Positions 47,213-55,934 of a stretch of 64,000 nt of DNA are shown here, piece by piece. The stretch is from Sodaliphilus sp. Its GTDB lineage: Bacteria; Bacillota_I; Bacilli_A; RFN20; CAG-826. Position numbers and translations under genes: made by a program. The stretch covers positions 128,620-192,619 of the forward strand of contig CAVIJE010000001.1 in assembly GCA_963643355.1 (NCBI GenBank), given 5' to 3'. The notes beneath the pieces are model-generated. The model was not told the origin of the DNA, made no database searches, and saw nothing but the letters and a program-made list of their open reading frames with translations. Position 1 is the first letter of the stretch; each line of letters opens with the position of its first letter.

Positions 47213-47761
47213 AAAAACAAAGCTTATTAGTTTCTTTAGCCGTTTTAGCGCCAATCACTTTTGGCGCAACTTCATGCGGAGAAGAAAAAACGGCAGGCAC
47301 GCTAGATAATTATGATATTGTAGAAGTTGGAAAAAAGAGAATATTCCCGTTGCACAAGTTGGTTTTTTATCGCAACAGATGCTTTTGAAAGCTACGGGCA
47401 AGAAGAAGGTTATACATACGACGACCCCGATTCCTTTATTTTTGTCGGAAAGAACATCCTTAGCGAGAAGGAAAGTGAGCTTTTTGCTAAGAAATATTCG
47501 TACACAGTTGATTTAGAGGATGAGGCTGCATCCTTCAATGTTAATTTTGATAAATATAGCACTTACTGTAAAAGATCTAAAAGAGGAATAGACGCATTTT
47601 CTTTTAAGGTCAATCAAGAATTTGGAACTAAATGTTATCTTGGGTTTGTGGCTGATGTAATGGAATATAAACTGACCTCTAAAGATGCAACAAAAGGAGA
47701 CATAACGATTTACGGTTTTGCCAGCCCGTTAATTCTTACGCTAATTTATTTAAACGTTTAA
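47209..47761 (+). pseudogene. lipoprotein gene interrupted by a frameshift
   Basis: ATG 47209 gives MKKQSLLVSLAVLAPITFGATSCGEE..., which stops at the TGA at 47386-47388. The long ORF 47327..47761 continues in the next frame. The overlap region 47324-47388 contains A6 (47331-47336) and T6 (47363-47368) runs. Confidence 0.55.
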
Positions 47762-47775
47762 TTAACATGGAAATG

Positions 47776-47812
47776 AATCTCTCTTGTTTAAACAAGGGAG
47801 ATTTTATTTTTT
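47776..47812 (+). terminator. rho-independent terminator
   Basis: AATCTCTCTTGT-TTAA-ACAAGGGAGATT followed by a T-rich run. Confidence 0.75.
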
Positions 47813-47837
47813 TGGATATTTCATATAAAATAAAAAC

Positions 47838-48146
47838 ATGGAAGAAAAACTTCATCATCGCTTAAAAATAAAAATGAAGGAGAGTAATCTTTCAGCACGT
47901 CAATTGTCATTAAAAACGGGCATTTCTGAAGCGGCTATATCTAAATACCTTAGCGGAGTTAGAACTCCGCATATAGAAATAGTTGGTAGACTAGCCGACG
48001 CTTTAAATACGACTTCTGATTATCTTCTAGGAATCGTAAAAGAAGAGACCCCGTATGATCAAATAGTCGCTAAAATAAAAGAAAACAAAAAATATCTCTC
48101 TTCAGAGGAAAAGATGTCATTGATATTGCTAATAAGTGAAAAATAG
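47838..48146 (+). CDS. XRE-family HTH transcriptional regulator
   Basis: 102 aa with the HTH LSARQLSLKTGISEAAISKYLSGVRTP. Confidence 0.85.
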   Translation: MEEKLHHRLKIKMKESNLSARQLSLKTGISEAAISKYLSGVRTPHIEIVGRLADALNTTSDYLLGIVKEETPYDQIVAKIKENKKYLSSEEKMSLILLISEK

Positions 48147-48156
48147 GAGGATTAGC

Positions 48157-49005
48157 ATGAAAGTAACAAACATTGATCTTTATAAGTATTTTGGCTGGGA
48201 AAAACCTAATAAATCCGCTAAAGGAATATTGCATGGAATCTTCTTTGATCAAGACAGCGATGAATTCGATAAGAAAAGACTTCATCCAATGATGCTTGTT
48301 TTTCCAGGCGGGGCGTATATGCAAATATCGCATCGTGAATCGACCCCGCCATGCCTCGCTTTCTTACGATATGGATTCAATACTTTCTATCTTGAATATT
48401 CAACAGCACCTAAGAATACATATCCAACCCAACTAGTTGAAGCAATGATGGCTCTCACATATTTATATAAAAAGGCTAAAGACATGAATTCGGATCCTAA
48501 TAAGATCGTCGCTTGCGGCTTTTCAGCCGGAGCGCATCTTGCAGGATTGCTTGCAACCGCAAGCAAAGAAGAAAGAGATCTCTTCTATCCGCTTGATAAA
48601 TGTGGAGCAAAACTTAAGGGAATCATTTATTCCTATCCAGTAGTTAACGAAAATACAGGATCAAATTCCGTTGGTAACCTATTAGGCGAGCATCATATCA
48701 AATCTAATTTCTCTCTTTTAAACCGTTTAGATGAATATAATCTCCCATCCTTTATTTGGGGTGGAGAAAAAGATGATGTCGTGGAATTAGAGAGTAACGG
48801 AAAAGCTTTATATGAAGCAATTATCAAAAAGAGTGTTCCTGCTGAATTCCTTTCTTTCCCAAATGCTAAACACGGATATTCCACGGGGGACGTGAATACA
48901 TATTCTCTTAAAGATACGGATATAAAAGAAAGAAAAGAAGTGGTTAGATGGGTTGAAAAATCAGTCGAATTCTTAAATAAAAATGGCGTAACACTCAATC
49001 GCTAA
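48157..49005 (+). CDS. alpha/beta-hydrolase fold esterase/lipase-like protein
   Basis: The ORF track starts at GTG 48136. The ATG at 48157 follows AGGAGG. The nucleophile elbow GFSAGAHLAG is present, and C-terminal GEKDD and AKHGY are candidates for the acid and His. Confidence 0.8.
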   Translation: MKVTNIDLYKYFGWEKPNKSAKGILHGIFFDQDSDEFDKKRLHPMMLVFPGGAYMQISHRESTPPCLAFLRYGFNTFYLEYSTAPKNTYPTQLVEAMMALTYLYKKAKDMNSDPNKIVACGFSAGAHLAGLLATASKEERDLFYPLDKCGAKLKGIIYSYPVVNENTGSNSVGNLLGEHHIKSNFSLLNRLDEYNLPSFIWGGEKDDVVELESNGKALYEAIIKKSVPAEFLSFPNAKHGYSTGDVNTYSLKDTDIKERKEVVRWVEKSVEFLNKNGVTLNR

Positions 49006-49049
49006 TTTTTAGATGCAAAAATATCTTAAACGATTATAATTATATGGCT

Positions 49050-49126
49050 CGGGACATAGCACAGCTTGGTAGTGCACTTGGTTAGGGACCAAGGGGTCGA
49101 GGGTTCAAATCCCTCTGTTCCGACCA
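49050..49126 (+). tRNA. tRNA-Pro with anticodon AGG
   Basis: 77-nt cloverleaf folded by hand. The acceptor stem is CGGGACA/TGTTCCG (C1:G72), with A73 and encoded CCA. The D arm is GCAC-AGCTTGGTA-GTGC, the anticodon arm CTTGG-TTAGGGA-CCAAG and the T arm GAGGG-TTCAAAT-CCCTC. Confidence 0.85.
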
Positions 49127-49138
49127 TTGAAATTATTG

Positions 49139-49164
49139 GTTTGGCGTGTATGCCAAACTTTTTT
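49139..49164 (+). terminator. rho-independent terminator after tRNA-Pro
   Basis: GTTTGGC-GTGTAT-GCCAAAC followed by TTTTTT. Confidence 0.8.
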
Positions 49165-49288
49165 AATCCTAAAATCATCTCATTTCGTGATTTTAAGAAT
49201 ATCTAAATTAAAGCCTAGGATATTCAATCCAATGGGGATTTACGTGGGATAATTGAAAATTTATTGGGACATTGTCTCGATTTATAAC

Positions 49289-49345
49289 TCGGAAATTTTC
49301 AGTTGTCCGTAATTTGTGGACAACTGAAATTACTCCGATTATCAT
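49289..49345 (+). promoter_or_regulatory. long inverted repeat overlapping a putative promoter of the Fic gene
   Basis: The arms TTTCAGTTGTCC (49297-49308) and GGACAACTGAAA (49318-49329) are perfect 12-mers with a 9-nt spacer, extended by TCGGA/TCCGA. A -35 TGGACA (49317-49322), 17 nt and a -10 TATCAT (49340-49345) place the ATG 6 nt after the -10 box. Confidence 0.5.
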
Positions 49346-49351
49346 ACTATT

Positions 49352-50206
49352 ATGATTAAATGTTCAGTCCGCTATTTTAAAACCGAGCCAGTGAGGGCTG
49401 CATGGGATAATGAAAAATCTTGTTGGTGGTATTCAGCAATAGACTTTATTGAAGTTTTAACAAAGCCGAATTCACCCAGAAGATATTGGAACAACATCAA
49501 AAACAGAAACCCTGAGTTGTCTCCTTTTTGTGGACAACTTAAATTGTATTCTCTTGATGGTAAAAAATATAAAACTGATGTAATTAATGAAGAGGGAGTT
49601 AGATTACTTTTGACAATTGTTCCATCTAAATATAGAAAGCAACTTTCCGATTGGATCACCGGTTTGCTTGATCCGATAGATGAACAAAGCAAGAAAAAGG
49701 CATATGAATTATACAAAACGAATTTAATCGGTGAAAACGAGATAGGAAAAACTATATCTTTACAAAAAATACATGCTTATCTATTTGAAGGTCTCTATGA
49801 TTTTGCAGGTCAAATAAGAAAAGCCACTATATCTAAAGGAGGCTTTATTTTTGCAAATGGTGATTTTTTGTGCGAAACACTTAAACGTGTTGAATCAATG
49901 CCTCAAGAAACCTTTGATCAGATTGTAGAGAAATATGTAGAAATGAATATTGCGCATCCTTTTATGGAAGGAAATGGACGTGCTACAAGAATTTGGATTG
50001 ATATGATTTTCATTAAGCAGATTAAACAATGTGTCGATTGGTCTAAAATCAACAAACATGATTATTTAGAAGCTATGAAAGCAAGCCCAACTAGCGACAA
50101 ATTAATAAAAAATTTACTAAAAAGTTCCCTTACCAACGACATAGATGACAGAGAATTATTCATGAAGGGTATAGATGTTTCTTACTACTATGAGGAAACG
50201 GAATAA
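49352..50206 (+). CDS. Bro-N domain fused to a Fic (AMPylase-type) domain
   Basis: 284 aa. The N-terminal part is Bro-N-like (VRAAWDNEKSCWWYSAIDFIEVL..INEEGVRLLLTIVPSK). The Fic motif is HPFMEGNGRATR and the C-terminal SYYYEE resembles the class III inhibitory SxxxE(G/N) helix. Confidence 0.88.
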   Translation: MIKCSVRYFKTEPVRAAWDNEKSCWWYSAIDFIEVLTKPNSPRRYWNNIKNRNPELSPFCGQLKLYSLDGKKYKTDVINEEGVRLLLTIVPSKYRKQLSDWITGLLDPIDEQSKKKAYELYKTNLIGENEIGKTISLQKIHAYLFEGLYDFAGQIRKATISKGGFIFANGDFLCETLKRVESMPQETFDQIVEKYVEMNIAHPFMEGNGRATRIWIDMIFIKQIKQCVDWSKINKHDYLEAMKASPTSDKLIKNLLKSSLTNDIDDRELFMKGIDVSYYYEETE

Positions 50207-50748
50207 GTGGTTTAAATGATTTTCCATCAAACGTTAATGGATTAATTAAGCTTTTTTGACTTAAACGACTCTTTTTAAAACGTCTCATCATTTTTGTTAC
50301 GGTTTCTTAGCACATAAATTGGCAAAAGTATTTCTGGTTACCCAGATTTTAAAAGAGTCGTGTGGTAATCCATGCCGTTTTTTGGAAGAATCGAAATAAC
50401 GATGTTTTATAGGTGTTTTTTAATTTTCGACAATTTTATATATTTTCAACCTTTGAAACGTAAATGGCATTGCATATTGCGACGTTTTCATCTAGGCTGA
50501 AGTGGTCTACTTACTTCTAAATATCGGCCAAAATGGCCTAATAAAGAAATCAAAAGAGGACAAAATGGCCTATTGCCCGCGTCATCTTTAGCCATTGCAG
50601 CCATAATCGCGGACGACATGCGTGTTTTTGACATATCGGTCGTTTGTAAAATATAATAAACATACTATCAATATCAAATGTGGCGTTTGCCACCGAAGCA
50701 TCGAAGGGCTTCGGCCCTTCTCCAAAATAACTGAAAAGGAGTATGAAC

Positions 50749-52983
50749 ATGAAGAAACACCACCACAAATTGCTGTTGGCGACTGCTCTCGCCTTCCTTT
50801 TGCCCTCCGCACTTTCCGCGTGCAGTGGCAACCACAATGAAACGAGCCTAAATTCGAGTTCAAACTCGGATTTCAACAGTTCCAGCACCATCAAGCGCGT
50901 TTTTGCCGTGAGGTTCGTCAGCGAAGGCAGGACCTACGATGTTCTCTCCATTGAGGAGGGCGACACTGTCCAGGACGTTGATGAACCAGAACGCGACGGC
51001 TATGCTTTCGAGGGTTGGTACCTCGATGATGGCATCTGGAATAGCCCCTTCGACAGCGCGTCCGTGGCGGGGGATGTGACCGCTTATGCCAAATGGTCGG
51101 TGATTGAGTATTCAATAACCTACAAAGGTCCGGAGGGCGATGATCTCGACGCCGATGGCACCGATCTTCCAACATCCTACACGGTGGAGGATGATGATCT
51201 TCCACTTGGCAATTATTCGCTAAAAGGATATCGTTTCAGAAACTGGGCAAGGAATGGTCTGGCGATTAGCTACATTCCAGCCGGTTCCACGGGCGACCTT
51301 GTCCTTCAGGGGTGTTTCGATGATACTTTCTTAATCCGGTATGTTGACGAGATGTTCGGCAAGACGAACCCATCAAACCCTGAATCCTTTAGCACCGGTA
51401 TGGAACCTATCAAGCTAGCTCCGCTCGAGGATGCTCTGGACTACAATTTCACCGGCTGGGCCGACGAAGGCGGGAATAAGGTAACGAGCGTCGATACGTC
51501 GATTGGCGACGACATCACCCTCTATGCGACCTGGGAGAGGAAACTCGGATTAGAGGACTTCGATTACATAGCGGACGAGCATAGGAAGGCCTGCGTACTC
51601 ATGGGGGTCAAGGACAAAACGGTGACGAAACTCGATATTCCCGATCTCTTCACCGGCATAAAGCCGGGGGCGCTTGCGGGGCTTAGCAATTTGGAGGAAT
51701 TATCTGTCCCTTACCTTGGCTTCGACGGCGAGACGACGCAATACGCCAATCTTGCCTATTTATTTGGCGCTGAGAGCAATGCGACAGCAGGCGATGCAAT
51801 TCCATCAAGCCTTGCAAAGGTAACGGTAAGACGCGGCGTTATCGGCGAATACGCCTTCGCGAATCTCGCTAACGTCAAGGAAATCGTGCTTACTCCAGAT
51901 GTTACCGAACTTGGTTTTTTTGCTTTCTATAAATGCTCGCAACTCTCGGAACTTACAATGCCGGTGTTTGAAGGAATGTCTATCTCGTCATTGAAAAACG
52001 TACTTAAAGATAAAGGGGTGTCCTACTCCAGCTCAAGAGGCCCTTCTATGGCAATATATTATGGAATTGCAAATTCAGGGCTAGCATCCTCACTTAAGGA
52101 TGCTAGTGCGCCGCTAATTAACCTTCATGTGAACGGAGGTGAAAACAGCGGCCAGAGGATGTTTGCTTTTTGCAATGCTATAGGAACGGTTACCGTCGAT
52201 AACGTGTTCATACATCATACAATGTTTTACTATTGTGAAAATCTTACGGAAGCAACAATAGGAAATACGGTAGAAGCAATAGAATATGGGGCATTCTTGT
52301 TGTGTAGCAAACTGACAGAAATCGTAATCCCCGACTCGGTAACAGCGTTCGGGATGAATAATAATATCCAAATCGGCGTGAATGAGGATTTACGCGCAGA
52401 TGTGTATGCGGGTCAAGAATCCGGTCGTGTGTTTTCTGGGTGCACATCTCTCACCAAAGTAGTGATCGGTAACGGCGTGGAATCCATCCCGAGAAGCACG
52501 TTCGATGAATCTCCCCTTGAGGAACTGACGATCGGTGAAAACGTCCATTATATTGATTTCTGGGCTTTTAAAAAATTCTCCGGAGACGAAATTGCCATCA
52601 CCAACAAATCGAAGTACAAAGAATGGGTGGTGAGTGCCCCCGTAAACGCCGCTTTCATGGATAGCTTGATGGCAAGCGACAACGCTCCCGAAAAGATATA
52701 TTATGGTTTAAGGTCTTTTAATGAAGACTACACTTATATCACCGGCGGTACCACATATCAGCATTTTCTCTCAACGTCCGATTCCACTGTATATCCGCAA
52801 AACGGAACTGTTGATCAAATCGAGAGGTGGAAACTTGTATTCTATAGCCCGACTGATCCTTACATAGAGGGCGGAACCGCGTCTATTGATAACGCCGACA
52901 TTGAATACTGGTATCACGAACAAGGCAATAAATGGTATTTTGCAACTTGTTGTGTCACACCGGTAATGTGGCCAATATCATAA
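50749..52983 (+). CDS. lipoprotein with Listeria-Bacteroides (Flg_new) repeats and BspA-type leucine-rich repeats
   Basis: The ORF track starts at 50743. The ATG at 50749 is better spaced from GGAG. The lipobox is LSAC. Flg_new-like repeats include DGYAFEGWYLDDG..TAYAKW, YRFRNWARNG and YNFTGWADEGGNKV..LYATW. LRR_5-like repeats include IPDSVTAFG and VIGNGVESIPRSTF. GC is markedly higher than in the neighbours. Confidence 0.85.
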   Translation: MKKHHHKLLLATALAFLLPSALSACSGNHNETSLNSSSNSDFNSSSTIKRVFAVRFVSEGRTYDVLSIEEGDTVQDVDEPERDGYAFEGWYLDDGIWNSPFDSASVAGDVTAYAKWSVIEYSITYKGPEGDDLDADGTDLPTSYTVEDDDLPLGNYSLKGYRFRNWARNGLAISYIPAGSTGDLVLQGCFDDTFLIRYVDEMFGKTNPSNPESFSTGMEPIKLAPLEDALDYNFTGWADEGGNKVTSVDTSIGDDITLYATWERKLGLEDFDYIADEHRKACVLMGVKDKTVTKLDIPDLFTGIKPGALAGLSNLEELSVPYLGFDGETTQYANLAYLFGAESNATAGDAIPSSLAKVTVRRGVIGEYAFANLANVKEIVLTPDVTELGFFAFYKCSQLSELTMPVFEGMSISSLKNVLKDKGVSYSSSRGPSMAIYYGIANSGLASSLKDASAPLINLHVNGGENSGQRMFAFCNAIGTVTVDNVFIHHTMFYYCENLTEATIGNTVEAIEYGAFLLCSKLTEIVIPDSVTAFGMNNNIQIGVNEDLRADVYAGQESGRVFSGCTSLTKVVIGNGVESIPRSTFDESPLEELTIGENVHYIDFWAFKKFSGDEIAITNKSKYKEWVVSAPVNAAFMDSLMASDNAPEKIYYGLRSFNEDYTYITGGTTYQHFLSTSDSTVYPQNGTVDQIERWKLVFYSPTDPYIEGGTASIDNADIEYWYHEQGNKWYFATCCVTPVMWPIS

Positions 52984-53067
52984 GTGCGAATTGTTGTTTA
53001 ACGAATATTTTCATTTAAGTGCTTTTAACTATCATAAACCTAGTCTTTAGAATATAATTCTAATGTT

Positions 53068-55923
53068 ATGGATAGCAGGAAATACATTATCGTCAAAGGC
53101 GCTAGAGAGAATAATCTCAAAAATATAGATGTAACCATCCCTAAGGATACATTAACTGTATTCACAGGGCTTTCTGGTTCAGGAAAATCTACTTTAGCAT
53201 TCGATACAATCTATGCGGAGGGACAAAGAAGATATGTCGAGTCTCTTTCGCCATATGCTAGACAATTTCTTGGCGGAGTGGATAAACCTGACGTTGATTC
53301 CATTGATGGATTATCCCCAGCCATATCCATCGATCAAAAAACAACTTCCCATAACCCCCGTTCAACGGTTGGTACAGTTACAGAAATATATGATTTTTTA
53401 CGTCTTCTTTTTGGAAGAATAGGCGTTCCATATTGTCCTGAGCATAATGAACCGATTATCGCATTTTCCCCTGCAAAAATGACGGATATGGTTCTTGAAT
53501 ATCCTCTTGGAAGCAAACTCCAAATCCTTGCTCCAAGCGTTAAACACGAAAAAGGCCAACATAAAGATGTGCTAGATTCCATTAAAAAAGCAGGTTTTAC
53601 AAGAGTTAGGATTGATGGAGAATTCCTTCTTCTAGATGATGTAAAAGAATTAGACAAAAACAAACGTCATGATATTGATATCGTGATTGACCGCATAGTC
53701 ATCAAAGAAGGCATCCGTTCACGTGTAGCAGAAGACATCGATTTAGCCCTAAATTATGGACATGGGTACGTTATTTTGCATACGGAAGATAATGAAAAAC
53801 TTGTTTCTAGCAATCATACATGCCCTATTTGCGGTTTTTCCGTACCAAAACTTGAGCCAAGACTTTTCTCTTTTAACGCTCCTCAAGGCTATTGCCCAAC
53901 ATGCCATGGATTAGGGATATCCCGTGGGGTTTCGGAAGAACTTTTGATCCCAGATCCTAATAAGAGTATTGATGAAGGCGCGATCCGTTACTATAAAAAC
54001 ATCATTCATACAAAAAATCTTGAATGGCAAGAATTCAAATATCTTTTAGACGCATATAAGATTCCAACGAATGTTCCATACAAAGATTTAACGCCAAAGC
54101 AAAAACAAATTATTTTAATCGGTTCGGATAAACCTTTAGACCACGTATTGACTTCAGTTAATGGCAATACGATGAATAAACGTGGCTATATCGAAGGCAT
54201 TAAAACGTTCATTGAAAGAAGATATCGCGACTCATCATCTAAATGGATGTTGCCATATTATGAATCTTTCATGCGTGATGAAACTTGCCCAACATGCCAC
54301 GGTGCAAGACTTTCTAAAGAAGCACTTGCCGTAAAAATAAACGGCTTAAACATTTACGAAGTAACCCAATTAACCATCGATAAGCTTATTTCTTGGATAA
54401 AAGATACAAGAGAAAAATTAAACGAACAAGAAATGATGATTGCTCGTCTAGTTTTGCAAGAAATCGAAAATAGGGCTCAATTCCTTTCTGACGTTGGAAT
54501 TGATTATTTGACTTTAGATCGTTTAGCTATGACTCTTTCAGGAGGAGAAGCCCAACGTATTCGCCTAGCCACCCAAATTGGTTCAAAACTATCAGGCGTC
54601 CTTTACGTTTTGGATGAACCATCTATTGGCCTTCATCAAAGAGATAACGACAAACTTATCAAAACGATGAAAGAGATGCGGGATTTAGGAAACACTCTTA
54701 TCGTTGTTGAACACGACGAAGATACGATGCGTTCAGCGGATTATCTTGTAGATATTGGCCCTGGAGCTGGGGTACATGGTGGAGAAGTTGTCGCTTCGGG
54801 AACCCCAGAAGAAGTAGCAAAAAATGAATCTTCTATAACTGGAAATTACCTTTCGGGAAGAAAATTCATACCTATTCCTAAAATAAGAAGAAAAGGAAAC
54901 GGAAAGAAAATAACATTGAAGGGATGCTCTTGCCATAACCTTCAAAACATCGACGTAGAATTCCCTCTTGGGAAGTTAATTCTTGTCACTGGTGTTTCAG
55001 GCTCAGGAAAATCGTCCTTAATTAATGAAACGCTAGAGAAGATTTTAGCGAAAAAATTAAACAAAGAAGATTGCACGCCTGGCCCATATAAGAGTGTTAG
55101 TGGCCTTCAATATGTTGATAAAGTTGTTAACGTTGATCAGCAACCAATTGGGAGAACTCCTCGTTCTAATCCTGCGACATACATTAAATTGTTTGATGAT
55201 ATTCGCGCTCTTTTTGCCGAAACGAATGAAGCAAAAGAAAGAGGCTTTGATAAAGGAAGATTCTCTTTTAACGTGCCTGGAGGAAGATGCGAGAAATGCC
55301 AAGGAGCCGGAGTTACTTGGGTTCCGATGAATTTCTTGCCAGACGTTTACGTTAAATGCGATGAATGCGATGGCAAACGTTATAACCAAGAAACGTTATC
55401 TTGCTATTACAAAGGCAAGAACATTTATGATGTTTTAGAGATGCGCGTTGAAGAAGCCATGCATTTCTTTGAAAATAGACCAGTTATTTATCGTCGAGTC
55501 AAAGCTTTATACGACGTTGGACTTGGCTATGTTAAGTTAGGCCAACCTGCCACAACGCTTTCCGGTGGTGAAGCACAACGCGTTAAATTAGCAAACGAAC
55601 TACAAAAAAGACCAACGGGCAAAACGGTTTATATTCTTGATGAACCAACAACCGGTTTACATACTGATGACGTAAAACGCTTGATACGTGTATTAGAAAA
55701 CCTTGTTGATCATGGCGATACGGTAATCGTAATTGAACATAACCTTGATATGATAAAGGTCGCTGATTATATCATTGATATCGGCCCAGAAGGTGGGTAT
55801 CGCGGCGGACAAGTGGTTGCTAAAGGAAGTCCAGAAGAAGTGGCAGAGAATCCAAATAGCTATACTGGAAAATACTTAAAGCCTTTGCTTGAAAAAGCTA
55901 AAAAGAATAATCAATACGAATAA
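53068..55923 (+). CDS. uvrA: excinuclease ABC subunit A
   Basis: 951 aa with two ABC modules (GLSGSGKSTLAFDTIYAEGQRRYVESLS, GVSGSGKSSL) and Zn-finger CxxC pairs. There is no SD, and a TATAAT lies 9 nt before the ATG. Confidence 0.97.
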   Translation: MDSRKYIIVKGARENNLKNIDVTIPKDTLTVFTGLSGSGKSTLAFDTIYAEGQRRYVESLSPYARQFLGGVDKPDVDSIDGLSPAISIDQKTTSHNPRSTVGTVTEIYDFLRLLFGRIGVPYCPEHNEPIIAFSPAKMTDMVLEYPLGSKLQILAPSVKHEKGQHKDVLDSIKKAGFTRVRIDGEFLLLDDVKELDKNKRHDIDIVIDRIVIKEGIRSRVAEDIDLALNYGHGYVILHTEDNEKLVSSNHTCPICGFSVPKLEPRLFSFNAPQGYCPTCHGLGISRGVSEELLIPDPNKSIDEGAIRYYKNIIHTKNLEWQEFKYLLDAYKIPTNVPYKDLTPKQKQIILIGSDKPLDHVLTSVNGNTMNKRGYIEGIKTFIERRYRDSSSKWMLPYYESFMRDETCPTCHGARLSKEALAVKINGLNIYEVTQLTIDKLISWIKDTREKLNEQEMMIARLVLQEIENRAQFLSDVGIDYLTLDRLAMTLSGGEAQRIRLATQIGSKLSGVLYVLDEPSIGLHQRDNDKLIKTMKEMRDLGNTLIVVEHDEDTMRSADYLVDIGPGAGVHGGEVVASGTPEEVAKNESSITGNYLSGRKFIPIPKIRRKGNGKKITLKGCSCHNLQNIDVEFPLGKLILVTGVSGSGKSSLINETLEKILAKKLNKEDCTPGPYKSVSGLQYVDKVVNVDQQPIGRTPRSNPATYIKLFDDIRALFAETNEAKERGFDKGRFSFNVPGGRCEKCQGAGVTWVPMNFLPDVYVKCDECDGKRYNQETLSCYYKGKNIYDVLEMRVEEAMHFFENRPVIYRRVKALYDVGLGYVKLGQPATTLSGGEAQRVKLANELQKRPTGKTVYILDEPTTGLHTDDVKRLIRVLENLVDHGDTVIVIEHNLDMIKVADYIIDIGPEGGYRGGQVVAKGSPEEVAENPNSYTGKYLKPLLEKAKKNNQYE

Positions 55924-55934
55924 GGAGAAAAAGA

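Noticed and set aside
47072-47254. 60-aa minus-strand ORF across the junction of the two decayed genes.
   Set aside because: It is a hydrophobic low-complexity translation antisense to plus-strand sequence that carries a clear lipoprotein signal and an ATGA coupling. It is most likely spurious.
50263-50364. Imperfect inverted repeat CGACTCTTTTTAAAA / TTTTAAAAGAGTCG and direct repeats CAAAATGGCCT (50528-50540, 50562-50574) downstream of the Fic gene, considered as possible mobile-element ends.
   Set aside because: They are short, AT-rich and imperfect, with no associated transposase or target-site duplication. They cannot be distinguished from chance or from remnants.
50550-51205. Minus-strand ORFs 50550..50894, 50588..50863 and 50918..51205, and plus-strand ORF 50622..50840.
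   Set aside because: These are Arg/Pro/His-rich translations typical of wrong-frame reading of GC-rich DNA, and they overlap the well-supported LRR lipoprotein gene and its leader. A 51-aa minus-strand ORF at about 50490-50645 (MSKTRMSSAIMAAMAKDD...) was also seen but has no SD or recognisable homology.
49127-53067. An integrative island with att direct repeats at tRNA-Pro (and likewise at tRNA-Lys, 40053-41884).
   Set aside because: I could not find a second copy of either tRNA 3-prime end (for example CCCTCTGTTCCGACCA) downstream, and there is no integrase. Foreign origin is still suggested by composition but not by a defined element.
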